Of a stretch of 64,000 bases of DNA, positions 13,796-26,900 are shown piece by piece. The notes under the pieces were generated by a model that made no database searches, was not told the origin of the DNA, and was given only the letters and a program-made list of their open reading frames with translations. The number at the start of each line of letters is the position of its first letter. The stretch's first letter is position 1. The stretch comes from Parasitella parasitica NRRL 2501. Its lineage: Eukaryota > Fungi > Mucoromycota. The stretch lies in contig MU619389.1 of assembly GCA_025201805.1 (NCBI GenBank), positions 9,487 through 73,486 of the forward strand, written 5' to 3'. A program made the position numbers and the translations under genes.

Positions 13796-14314
13796 TATGA
13801 TCTGCAACCTTTTTCTCATAACGCTTCGACGACTGTAATAAAACCAACTTTGAGTTTTTTATCCTCGATCAGCTGCTGTGATCTTCTTTAAAAACTCATT
13901 TTCGGTAAATCTGCGAGTGTTACATGATATATGTGTATCTATAAGGCTGAGAGATACAGTTTCTTCACGATGACCCATGGAACTGCTGCCGTCATAAACG
14001 GAAGCTTGATATTTTGGACATTCATTGTTATATTGAGATTTACGCAAGATTGGGCAAGCTAGCAAGGTAATGCTCCTTGAAATTAGCATGGTTTTATCAT
14101 AAAAATAAAAATAAAAAAAGGCTTCACAGGGAGGGAGAATAATAAAGAATGACTACAGGGTTTTGTGATGAACAAATGTAATTTACTATTACTAAAATCC
14201 AGTTTTCGACATGCTCGATAAACTCATAGATGATTTCGATTTAGTTGTGGCTTGCTTGATTTGTGAGTAATGCGTATAAGGTTATGGGATGACATGGTGT
14301 TATGGGGCAAATCT

Positions 14315-15295
14315 TCATTTATTGGGAACTGGGCGATTGATGATACAGGCGGCTTGATCAACAATGGAGCTCAATTTTTTCATTGCACAAATAGCTGGTA
14401 ATAATGAGGACATTGCATACCGATCTCTGGGCACATTTACTTCTCTGAGAAGAACCATTCTATAAACAAAATCATATACATGATCTATTACGTATACGTT
14501 GCAGACAGAACCTTTCATGAGAAAGCCCACCACAGCTACATCTTTGTATCCTAATGTGCTTATCTGTTGTAACGAATCCTTGAGCAACTTGGCAAGCTTG
14601 ATAAAATCACCGGACACACTGCGACCACACCTCTATGGCCAGAAGAAGGTGTTTCTCTTGGTTCAAGATTACACTGAAATCGGGACGCTTGTGATGGTTC
14701 ACGAGAGAGGGGTCCATAATGGTGAATCTGGTAAATGAGGAAGAGCTCATATTGTATGCACCTAGGCACTTTATAATGAGAGAGTTTTTGAACTAGGCAT
14801 CAATCATAATATATTAATAGTATCGTCTGCAAGTGTTGCCTCGCTAATTGGATGACTAGAGTAATCCATACAATAGATTCCCGCAAATTAAGATGGCATG
14901 TATTCAAGTTGTTCAAATTTTTTCTGCTGCTGCACATCGTCCAAGATACTATCAACATGATTATAAATCACCTTTCTCTGCTGCGTTTGATAAGCAAACT
15001 TCTGACATTAGAGCGACTCTGCATCATCGGATATGGCAACTTTATTAATGTATGAGTCAGTGGAGGCATCAGTGAAAGAATCTGTCTGGCTTTCATGCTT
15101 TTGACTTGAGGAAGCTGCTAAATCATCCAAAAGCTTTTGCAAACGCTTCCAAACTAAGATTTTTTGTATTGAAAAGACGCCTTGCAGTATCTGTAGGCCT
15201 GGGCTACGAGCCGAGCGACGATTAGTATATTCTTGTACGTAGTATGAAGTGTCTAAAAAGATATAAAAAGAGGGTGGCCCTTTACATTTTTCCAT
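14315..15295 (-). pseudogene. Pseudogene of a multicopy Mucorales PD-(D/E)xK/REase-like family
   Basis: Broken frames give ISEATL...KRPDFSVILNQEKHLLLAIEVW / SGDFIKLAKLLKDSL...VVGFLMKG...YVIDHVYDFVYRM, with stops and frameshifts. Confidence 0.6.
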
Positions 15296-15491
15296 GTAGA
15301 AAGTTCAAAATCACCTTCTATGGATTTAACAATGTTTTGTATCCTCTGTTGCCGATTTCATGATATATATTTGGAATGCCATAGCTGCCAAGTATACTAT
15401 TACTAGAAGCAGATCACCGTTTTAATATAAGCGTATATTTTTTTTTTTTCAAGATATGTACAAAATGAAATATTTAGAAAAGGGTAGATTA

Positions 15492-17943
15492 TTAAAGCCA
15501 TGGCATCCAAGTGCATTCCATTTGTGCCATTTTTTGGGGGTTACTTGCTTGAGAAATGAGATCAATGACATTCTGGCTTATAGGCTTTTCCGAATTGATT
15601 GTCTAGCAAAGATTGAAAATGATGAGCAAAAGCTAAATACACAAACATCACAAGCAAAACTGCTCTTACCTTGTCATTGTCCGTTTTACATGATAAAAAT
15701 CGCGCTTTTGCAACGACTTGATTTACATTGGCCTGCACTCTCTCACGGAACTGAGCATCGGTTACTGATCTATGGCTCGACAAGTGCCATGTAATTAGCT
15801 CATCTCTCACAAAAAGACTCAAATACTGATCCAATTCCAAGTCAGGGTCGGTTAAACTACGAGCAGTTGCCATCAAGCAGCTTGTAAAGAGTCCTTCAAT
15901 ACCGACAGGAGTGATGTAGTCTTGGATATTGGGTGTGAATCTAAAGGGCACTGTCTCGCCGTTTCCAAGCAATGCATTGTTTTGGTTCCAAACTAATTCA
16001 AGAGCATGATAAATAAAAGATAAAAAAAAACACACACACAAAGCTAAAGAGCCTTACCAGGAAGTAGTTCAGTCATCCATATTTTTCCAGTTTGCCGAGA
16101 TATTGTGATTTTATGAGGAGTTCGATGACCAATACTAAAGATATAAGACATAAATGTGGCTGTCGCGTACTGAGCAATGAATTGCTTTCGATGTGCCCAG
16201 TAATCAGTGTAAGAGCCGAGCGTGCGAAGCATGTACTAAAATATTTGCCAAAGGTCAACTCAAGCAACAAGTGGCATACTAGGATCATACAAACCTTGCT
16301 CAAGATATTGGCGGGAACCATACTCTTTGCAATTTCAGCATTGATCTCCATTCTCAAGTTTAATATTTCGGCCTTCATGCCTGACACCTAAAGCAAACAT
16401 GGTCAGTCGTCTCGTATATACACACAACATAATGGAACCTTACATCTGTGGTCATGTTTGCATTATTCTTGAGTTTTTCAACAAAGTAGGCGAGTGGATC
16501 ATCCTTGTGCATGTTTGAGCCATCGCAGTGATCTTCATAAATGTCGTACAGCGTGCAATAAGAGGGGTCATCTTGCACCATACGAACGTTGGGCGCCAAG
16601 GGCACAATAGCAGGCAAATGGAATTGCAAATTCCTCACTCGGCTTTCTTTTTTGCGCTCCAAGACCCCGTTCAATAGTCTAAACAGCTGCATCAATCTCT
16701 CCTCGCGACGGAACTGGCGAGCAGCAGGGTTTTGTATGATAAACGGATGAAGACTACCATCATTACCACGAATAGTCAAACGACGGAAGCAGTTTCCATA
16801 GCTACGAACCACCTCCACCTGAGGCAAAAATCGGTCAATACGCAAAAAGTCATTCGCGTTGTCCTTGAGCAGCAGATATTGCCCTGGAATCTCGACATCG
16901 TCAAACTTTTGATGCTGGAATTCAACCAAGTAATGACTGCAGGCCTCTAGCTTTTGTTTACGAGGTCGAGCGTCCAACATGGCTTCAAATTTGTCACGCC
17001 ATAATCTCAGTTTGGCAACGTACTCTTCCAAGTCCAACTTGGTTGTGGCAAAATCGTGTACAAATGCTGCCCTCATGTGTCCTGGGTACAGACTATCAGC
17101 AAAGCGTGCTATGTTTCCAATCGTCGCAGATGTCAACTGTAGCGTATCATTAGGATTTGTTAGGCGAGAGAGCAATTGCTGCAGAAATTAAGCTTGTGAA
17201 TTAACATTTTTTTTCTTGGGAACCTTGTTTTTTTTTTTTTTTTTTGGTTACCTGAGCTCCTTCGTTATATAATGCTACGACAAGGCGGTACATATCTTCG
17301 TCGGCTTGAGGCTTGAATTTGAGCTGGATTTGATCTACCATGGTTTCCATAGATAGCGCTAGCAATGGATATCCAGTTTTAAGCATAGCCATAATTTCAT
17401 CCAAGGGATGTGCTGGTGGTCCTGACGTGGTTGGTGTGCCTGGAACAGTTGGATTGCTAGTGGCAGCAGAATTTGGAGTAGAGGTCGCACCGGAAGTAGC
17501 ACTACCAGTAACTGCAGCGCCGGTTTGAATAGGAGGCGGAAGCTTCGAAGTAGCAGCAGCGGGCGTAGACTCTGGTTTCTCATCAGAAACAGAAACTTCC
17601 TTCTTTTTATCAGCGTCTCCTTCCTTTTCTGATTTGATGGCAGTTTCCTGATCAGCTTTGTTGCCTGTAGCATCAGTAAGCGCATCACCTTCCAAAACCT
17701 TCCCCTTTTCATTATCAATATCCATGGACTCGGTTTTGGATTCATCTCCTGCAGACTCTACGGTTTCATCCTTTGGCTTTTGATCAGCATCTTCTTCTGC
17801 CAGCTTTTCATCCTTCTTTTCCTTGTCCACAGAATCTTCCGATGCAGGGCATGCAACCGCTTCCTTTTGAGATGTTTCTGATTTATTGGTATCCGTAGAA
17901 GACGTTACTGCAGCGGCTGTCTGGGTAGAAGCTTTTGAACTAG

Positions 17944-17976
<33 letters not shown>

Positions 17977-20900
17977 TTGACTTCTTCATCATTTCTTCTT
18001 TAGCAGTACGAAGTTGAAAGTGCAGTGCCTACGATAATAAGGATCAATACAATGTAAAAAAAAAAAAAGTCCCAAATAACATATTGCTTGCCTGAGGAAA
18101 TTGCTTTGCAATCCTAATCAAAATAGCACGGGCATGCTTAGCTTCTCTTTGCTGCAACCCCATCAAAAGTTGAGGGATGAATGTAACCCAGTACCAAACA
18201 GGCCATTCTCCTTTATAGCCTTCAAAGGCACGAGAGATTGTGCCATTTGCATCATCCAGACTAAGCAACCAAAGAACACGCAAAAGATACTTTCTGGCCT
18301 TGGAGTTTTTATAGATACCAGCCGCTTGCAAGTAGCAGCTGACTGCATTGTTTGCCCAACTCAAATCTGCTGGATTCTCCCTGAGTCTTCCGTCATTATA
18401 CCTACCCCACTCTGCCCACGCTCTAGGCAGAGATAGGTCGATTTGAACAGCGTTAACAAACGCCTCGTTTGCTTCGTTACATTGATTCAGCTTGGCGAGG
18501 AACTGGCCCTTGAGAGTGTAGAACTCTGCCTTTTGTTGCAGAGAAAAGTAGTTGAGGTTGGTGTTTGTGATGACGTCCAAACCGGCAGCCAGCATGTTGG
18601 GATCATGATAATAGCATTTGGCTTGCTCACGCAGCTTCAAAAAGGCCTCTTGTATCTCAATGTTGGGCAAAGTGTAGATCTTTGTCAGCTGGCTGATGCA
18701 GACATCGTTTAGCTTGTGCTTTCTTGCAATATGAGCAAATCTGTTGGTGATCCAGGCTGTCTCGTGGTATCCTCGGTAGGCAAATGAGTTTCCGTTCTGT
18801 CCGTTGGCTTGATTTATCTGGTTAGGAAGCATGGGAATGATGGGCACATACGCACGGTTGATGGCGTTAAAGACGTGTCGACGCCAAGCAACTGTGTCGC
18901 TCCACATGTTGATATCGTCCCAAGCATTTGGTAATCGTTCACGCCAAGTGCCCAAGATACTCTTGAGCTCGTTTGAACGCTGCTCCAGGTTCTGGACATT
19001 GGTGGTCACCAAGCTGGAAAACACTTGGCTCGCTTCATGCAGTTCGAGATACTGCTGGAACACTTGGAGTAGAGGCAGATGGCTCTGAGACACAATGCGA
19101 GGTAAAGCGTACCACTTTTTCAAAGACAATTGAACGCCTTCCTCGCAAATACGTGTGAACTCGACCAACCTGTCATCTGTCGTTTGCGATTTGATCAAGG
19201 CCAAGAAGGCTTCCATTGCCTTTTGACGTGGCGTGGGTGTTTCCGATATCTGAGCAACCGACTGTTCCAAATTTTCACGCTCTGCTGCCCAATCAGACAA
19301 TCGCCAGGCACAATCAAGCAGCAGCTTTGTGTTGCCGTCGTGCCTTGACAGGTCGGCAAGAATATCCCACTGCTGCAGCTTTTGCGAACAGGAAATCCAG
19401 TGATCTTCCCAAAGCATGTACTCGGATTCAGTAAAGGGAAGGACGCCACTGCGCGCTTTGATTTGGGCATTTTCATACATGGATTGCGCTTGAGACCAGT
19501 TGCTGATTTGCTCGTACGAAACAGCCACGTTGGTTTCCGCATAGGTGCTGCGACGTCTCCATAAGCCATAGAACATGTCGGTTTCGTCCAATTCAGCATA
19601 CAGATCAGACAAGGCGTCCAGCGTACGCTCTTTGTTGTTGATGTCGTCCTTTGAAGATTCCGCAATACGGCCATGCAAAGCAGATTGCTGCAGAATTTCC
19701 ATGGAGGTATGCCAGGCGTTATGCGTCTTACCAAGATACTTGACGAGATGAGGCGGAAGTTTGATGAGCGAGGTGGTGTTTGCTATGCCAGTCAATAAGG
19801 CCTGAACAACGTTGGGGCGCAGTTCGGCCTGCTTGTTGTGGTAATCTTTAGCCAACAGATTAATAACAACCTTGGTCATGTCATGTTGTTCAGTGCTGGT
19901 TAAGATGGACCAGCACATGGGAAACAGATCCACCCAGAGCCTGAATGCCGTGTCAGCATCGAGGTACTGCAGGTAGCGAGTGCTGGTAATAGCGCTGTTG
20001 ACATCAGAAGTCTGCAAACCTTTCAAAAAGTCTTGGTGTTGTTGGACAATGTCATTGAGTTCGGACGGAACATCCATCTCTGTAGGCTCAGCTTGGTTGC
20101 CGACGGATTTGATGGATTTGATTTTGAGCGTATGAGGCGCTACTATGTGTGGGTTAACTTTGATCGCACCAAACAGCATATCCAGGGCCTGGTGGATCCA
20201 GAAGGTGGTGGATAGAGATTCCCAATTTTGGACGCCCAGAATATAGTTCAAGCGTGTGTATGCTGTGCGGCTGATGCTGCGATCAAAGACACGCATGAAC
20301 TGACAACGAATCTGGGGGGTTTCATTCCGAGTGCCCAGCAAGAAGGCCTGTTCCAGACGAACGGTTAATTCAGAGCGAGCAAACGAGGGATTGCTGTAAA
20401 TCTTGATGACCAGATCGAGATAATCGTCAGTCAAGCTTGAGTCGTTGCGGCTCTCCAAGCTCATCATCTTGACCAGCAAACCAGCTTTTTCCTTGACAGT
20501 AGGGAAGGTCTCTGTCTTGTTGAGAGTCCATTCTGTCAGCATGTCCAGAATGGCGTGCAGCAGCTGAACGTCTGGAGACTTTTCTATCAGCTGGATGAGA
20601 CATGTCAAGAACCAGCGACGCTGATCGCCAAGATGTGAGATTCTCTTCTTCAAGAGGTTGAGGCCCAAGATCAGCAGATTCACCTGAGAATCATGAGCAG
20701 TCAATGCAGACGCAGTGGATGCAGACGTGATGTGGTCTTTTGTGAGCTTTTGAAGCATCTTGACAATGCCAGGAACAAAGGGGTCAAGTTGCTCGTTGCG
20801 CCCGGTGCTGGCAGCTTGGAGTAGCTTCAAGACGGCGTAAATATTGTTCATACTAGCCATTCCGTCTGTAATGGTAGAATCGACGAGTGAAACAAATGCA

Positions 20901-23900
20901 GCTACATCAGGATGCTGCGGCTCTTCTCTATTTTCAGCGCTCGTCGTTTGATTAATGGCACCGAATATGAGCGATAGCACCTGTTGAAGAGCGGTATGAA
21001 TGCGAACGTTATCGGATTTGATGCTATTTTCCAGCAAGCGGAAGAGCTGGTTCATGTTCACAATGAACCATTCGTGCGGCTTATGAGCAATATCAATCGT
21101 CAATATCTCCAGCGCACTGCAGACACTGGATACCAAAATCTCGTTCATCTCTTTGACATTCAGCGTACGCTCCAAATGAGTAAACTTGATGTGAACATCA
21201 GACCAGACTCCAGGCTCCAGAAACTTTTTGATGAGATTCAGCACGCGCTGGACGAGTCTTTTTTGAATCATGTCAGAAGGATTGTAGACAGTGCATGCCA
21301 AACGCACAAGGTAGCCGATAGTATTCTCTCTCAAAGTAAGCGTAGGGATGTACTCTTTGCTAGCCGCAGCATCCGATGTAGTGCTGGTTGATAGAGCCGC
21401 AGCCTTAATTTCACCGTCAGCACCTTCGGCCTTGCTCTTCTTTGTAGGCGTATCAGGCGCAGAATCAGCCGAGCGTTTGCCAGATGGAGACAAGGGTGCT
21501 TGCTCCTCTTCCTTCTTCTTTGGCATGCTCTTGATGCGAGTCTCTTCCCAGCTGAGCACCAATTCGGCCAATTCGACAGTGAGTAGCTTGTTTTCAGGCG
21601 TTGCATTTTGGAGTAGACCGAGTTTGGGAAGAGCATTGATGATTTGAGGCAGGAAATGCTCGCGATAGTCATAAAAGAGCGTCGGTTGACGTACCAGGAG
21701 CTGGTACACATTGACCATCTGCGAAATGCTATGCGTGTCTTCCACTATGACCCTGCGAGTCAGACGGATCCACGTAGGCACTCTTTCGTTGGCGGCTAAA
21801 GGCACACGCTTGGGAAGCACAGGCGAAATGATATCCAGGCCCTGCTTCACCAGCGTACGAGCCTCAGACAAATGAGCGCGCAAAAGCGCAGCATATATTT
21901 GGATGACGATCTTGCTTGGAGTCTCGAAAGCAGTGATGAAGCGGGCAATGAGGACGTAGGCTGCTTGTTTGCAGGTAGCGTCCTCCAAGCGCAAATAATG
22001 CCAACCAAACTTGATGACATCCTTACGCATGTCCGTCATAAGCTGGGGCGCGTATTGGATAATCATGGCTGTCAACTGAAGCAGCTCGATACGTAAAGAG
22101 TCCTCTGCATACTGATCTTCATCGCCAAAATCAGAGGAAAAATTCCCCCAAATCTTGCCATGCAGTTGCTCCATCATCTTGGAGTCAAGTACCTGAGCAC
22201 AGTTGCCGTCTTTTCTCGTAATGGTCACCAACAGGGAAGGGTTAATGACATGGCGCAGCATCATCATGCGCAAGTAAGGCGGCACAGAAATGTCAGTGTA
22301 TTGCTGCAAAAACCGTTCGACGATGAGTCTCTTTTGCTCGGCAGAGTAGTTGAGGGCAACATCGTTTAAAAAGAACTCACGCAGATAAGAAAGATCCATG
22401 ACAGATTCCTGTGCAAACAGAGCAGCCACTTCAAACGTAACTTCAATGTTGTCTGGATTAAGACGCAGATACACAATGAATATCTGAGACAGGTACATGG
22501 ATTCATGGGTCATTTGAAGGCCATGCTCGTCGTCTTTTTTCATAATGTCAAAGCGAGCAGGCGAACGCCATAGCGCCAGTAAGCTCTCCAAAAGCTCATG
22601 CTGGCCCAGCAACCAGTTGGGGTTGTTGGCAACGATTTCGCGCACGATGAGGACACCTTGGTAATGCATAGTGGCATTATCGGCGACCTGAAATGTCTTT
22701 TCAATCAACATTTTGGGTGATTTTGCTACTTCATCACGAAGCTGCTCGGCATTTTCTGTGCTGAGCACATCAATGAATAGATGGCTATGGCCAGGCTGAT
22801 CCAAGCGATCGTAGAAATAGGCTACTGTTTCAGCAGGATACCGGTTTAGATACTTGATTAGGTTGGGTCTGAAGGGGCTGGAGATGGACCGGCGAAGATG
22901 ACCCTCCATTTCCAATACAACCGTAACCAAGTCATCCAAAAAGATGTGAGCAGCAGCAGGCAACAGATGAAAAATATTCAAAATAGCAACGATAATCTTG
23001 ACTTCATGGTTCTCGCTTAGGTTCTTGCTGGCAGCCTCCTGCAACACCTTGGGTTCAGCCCACTGTCTTAGATGGTCCAACAGCTTTTTGCCAATCTCCA
23101 CCTTGAAGTAATTTGTCAGTAACTCAAGCAACCGAGCAAGGCCCTCGAGACCAGCAACGCTCAACGTCTTGTGGTTGGATAGAGTGGTCAAGATGGGACG
23201 AAGACCCTGCTGAAGCAGCTCTTTGGGCAGTTTGTGCTGTTGAGCAAGAACTTGCTTAAGTCCACGATGCGCCGCCTCCACTACCTCGGGCGCCTTGGAA
23301 TAAAGAGACTTGAAGAACACTTGGATGATACGAGCGCGGGTATGTGTTTGACGCTGGTTTGAGAAATCAGAGCAGGCCATTGCTGCCGACAAGAGTTTGA
23401 TGCACACAATGCGAAGGTTCATCAAAGAGGTTGCATTCTTGTACTGCGAACTTCTGCTGACCAGAGCCTGGTCTTCTGCATCGGCAAGCGCCAACGCCTC
23501 ATGAAGCAGGCGAATCAGCTCGTCGTTAAAGTCCAAGAAAGGCGGTCTCAGCGTGAGGCAGTAGGTGATGGCATCAATGTGGCCAATTTGCATGGCAAAC
23601 GGAAGGGCGCGAAGTGGTTTCGCAAAGATAGGAGCTACCAGGCGCTCTCTAACAGGAGCCAGAAGCTCAGTTACTTCATTGCCGGTCAAATCAGCAAGCA
23701 GCTGGAACGAAGACTGGATCGTTTCTCGCACGGCACTATTCGAGTTTGACAGTTCGCTCAACAGCAAGGCAATTAGGTTCTGGAATTTTTGCTGAGCCTC
23801 CTGTGATTCATCGTCTTCTGGGCGGTTACAGACCTTGAGGACGTGCGAGAGCGTTTGCGTCGCTTCTACCGTATTCACGTTGGCCATTTCAGGAGACGCG

Positions 23901-26900
23901 TCCTTGAGGACAAACAACAGAGAGCGAATAAAGTCAAGCTCATGCTCGCGCATCCATTTGGTGCCCATATCAAGCTGTGAGCTGATGATGGAGATGCCCA
24001 GACATCCGCCACGTTTGCTGAACCACTCTTGTTTGTAGCAGCAAGAGCCAAACTGCGAAGCGAACACACGAAAGATGGGCAGCTGCCAAACATAGTCCTT
24101 GCTGCCCAGCACCCTGACGGCGGTATCAAAGCACAGTTGCACAGACTCCTCAGCACGAGCCTTCAGCTTGGCATCTTGAGACGAGATGACCTTGACGATA
24201 GCGTCCACCAAGATTGTCGTATTCAAACTTTGCACTGAGAGCCTTTCGTCCAACATGTCTGACAAAGGCTTGGTTTCAGTCTCCTTGGCCTCGATAGCCT
24301 CACCAATGTGCAATAACATGAAATGGCGACAAATGTTTTCAAACAATGGCCAAGCGTCGTCAGCAAGTTCGGCAAGCGTAGACGCCTTGATGATGGCAAC
24401 CAGCATAGTTCGCAGTGAGTCTTCTTGAGCAACGCGTTTTGAGAGATATTTGATGTATCCGTTACCAGCCAACCTTTTAGGTTTCAAGCCAGACTCGGAA
24501 AGCGCATCACCAACAACAGTGCTCTCGCCCTCAGGCAGCTTTTCAGAGGACGATGATGATGATGCATGCATGCCCACATCCTCATCCACGTTTACGTCCA
24601 CGTCAACGTCAGCGTCAGCGTCAACGTCTACGTCGACATCTACATCTACATCCATATCTACATTGACATCCACATCCATATCAGTAGCTATTTTCTCGTC
24701 GTCCTGTTGCTTGGTCTCTTGCTTTTCACTAGTCGTAGAAGTGATCGCATCTGATTGCAAAAGATGCCCCTTGATGCGTTGATACAGTGATTGAGCCAGG
24801 TTATCCGGGCCTTCATCTAATTCCAGTATCATCACAATGTTGGCCTTGAGGAATTCATAGGCCTGCTTCTTGTAGAATATATCTGCGTCTCGCTTTTCCA
24901 ATGTATTACAAGCAACATGCAAGCATTTATCCAGCGGAAGCGTATGCGGTGTACTATTGGCATCAAACACGATCTCTACTGAAACACCGCTTTCGATGCG
25001 CTTGTCATAATCAAGCTCTGGAGGCCTGTTGAGCATGCGTCTATTTCTACCTCCAAGCTTGCCTAGGATTCGCATGGCCACATGGGAATGCTGTTGGCTA
25101 TACGGCAAAGGACGTAGATGGCTCCACAGAGCGCTCATCAGCTCCTCCATCACGGGCGCCATGATTTGGTCCAAAAACTCGGGGTTCAAGTTGTCATTAC
25201 AGAGCTCCATGGTCCTTAGACCTTGACTGACCAGCTCTTGGTCTGCTTGCAGGGCAATAACCAGCGGTTTCATCAGATATGGCAGGTAGGGCAACAGAGT
25301 ACTCAGCCGCACAGGCACAGCTAAACATAGCTCGACAAACAGGTTTCGCATCTCGGTGCGATGTGCCAGCGTCAATAGAGAGTTTAGATTTTCGAGCAAC
25401 ACCTGCAAAAGGGGAGACACCTCCTTGTAGAGCAATTCAAATCTTCCGCCGCCAATGCTTTTGAACAGCAGGCGCAATAGCAAAAAGTAATTTGCAGGCT
25501 CCTTGGCTTTGGCAGAGAGTTTGAAGCAGGATGTTACCAGGTTTCCGAGGTATGGCTGCAGAATGACTTCATTCATATCTGGAAAGAGGTTGATCGCCAT
25601 GAAAGCCAAGCGAAACAGATGGAGCATAACGGCCGAGTAATGCATCTCCTGGTTGCCCAGATGGTCGATACGGTCAATCAAGAAACGAAGCAGGATAGCA
25701 GCAAAGCCTTGAGAAGATATTTCGTTCACGAGAAAGTATTGGGCGATATTTACCAGCGAGGTATTCACAAGCATGCGATTAAAGAAAAAGCTCGTTTGGG
25801 ACACAAAAATCTCCTGGAATACGGCCGGGTCGAGAAGTGTAAAGACGGTAGCAAACATGTCCAAAATCTCCTTTTCGGCAGCGATCTGGGTGCTGATTTT
25901 CAGTGATAGCTCGTTGCATCCAATGGCATCTTCCTCGACCTCTTGTTTCTTTGCAATTTCGTTGGGAGGGCATCCGTCAGGGCCGTAGTTATCGATATTG
26001 TAATACTCAAAACACACGAGCCCTTCTTTAAAGAGTCGTACGAATATACACACGTCTTCCTCAGAAAACCCGCGCGCAAATTGGGCGTAAGATGGCGTGT
26101 TCGTATCAGCTGTTGGTGCAGGGTTGCAGTGTCGCAAACCAATAAATAAAGGCTTCAAGCCTATAGCAAGATTCTTGAATAAGAACCGTCCATCTTTGAC
26201 GCCGTCTTGTTGGGGATCGAACGAAAAAGAAGCTGTGTGGATCGAGCGAAACTTGTCGAAATCAAAGTCGTCGTTAATGATATCCTCCATGTCCGCGTCT
26301 TTCTGCGGTGGTGGTGCATCTGCTTCCGCTTCTGCTTCCGCGCCTGCGCCCGCGTCTGCCTCTGCCTCTGCCTCTGCTTCTGCCTCTGCCTCTACCTCTG
26401 TCTCTGCTTCTGCTTCTGCCTCTGCTTCTGCTTCTGCTTCTGCTGTGTCTTGAGACGTTTTACTCTTTCTAATATGCTGTTTCAAGCAAGATTTAAACTG
26501 TATGTTTAATGCCGCAAACTTGCTCGCAAAGGCGTCCAAAATACGCATCAGCAAGTCTCGACCCTCTTTTTTATTGGGAATTTTAATTATACAATCGATC
26601 AGGTTGAGCAGCAGCTTTCCGCACATGGTCTGTATGCTGGGTGCTAATGTAGGGTCGTGAAGGTTGCGTGAGTAGATGTATACAGTTCGATAGAGCTGGC
26701 TAGGCGTGAGTTCGGATCGAATGTGGTGAACGAGATCTGCAAGCATGCTGTAGGCCAAAGGTCTAGCACAAAACGCAACTTGTCAACACCCTCTGCTGCA
26801 TATAAATTCGCTCTTTTGATCTCTTACCGTAAAGTATCATGCGACGTAACGCCTGTACCAATCAGAACCTTTTCATTAAGCAATAATTCAATTTTTGGCA

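Noticed and set aside
13859-14089. 76-aa ORF considered as a TnpB/Fanzor remnant
   Set aside because: No RuvC or zinc-finger motifs could be identified.
15492-17175. Missing catalytic residues in the PI3K-like domain of TRA1
   Set aside because: Tra1/TRRAP is an established pseudokinase, so this is not novel.
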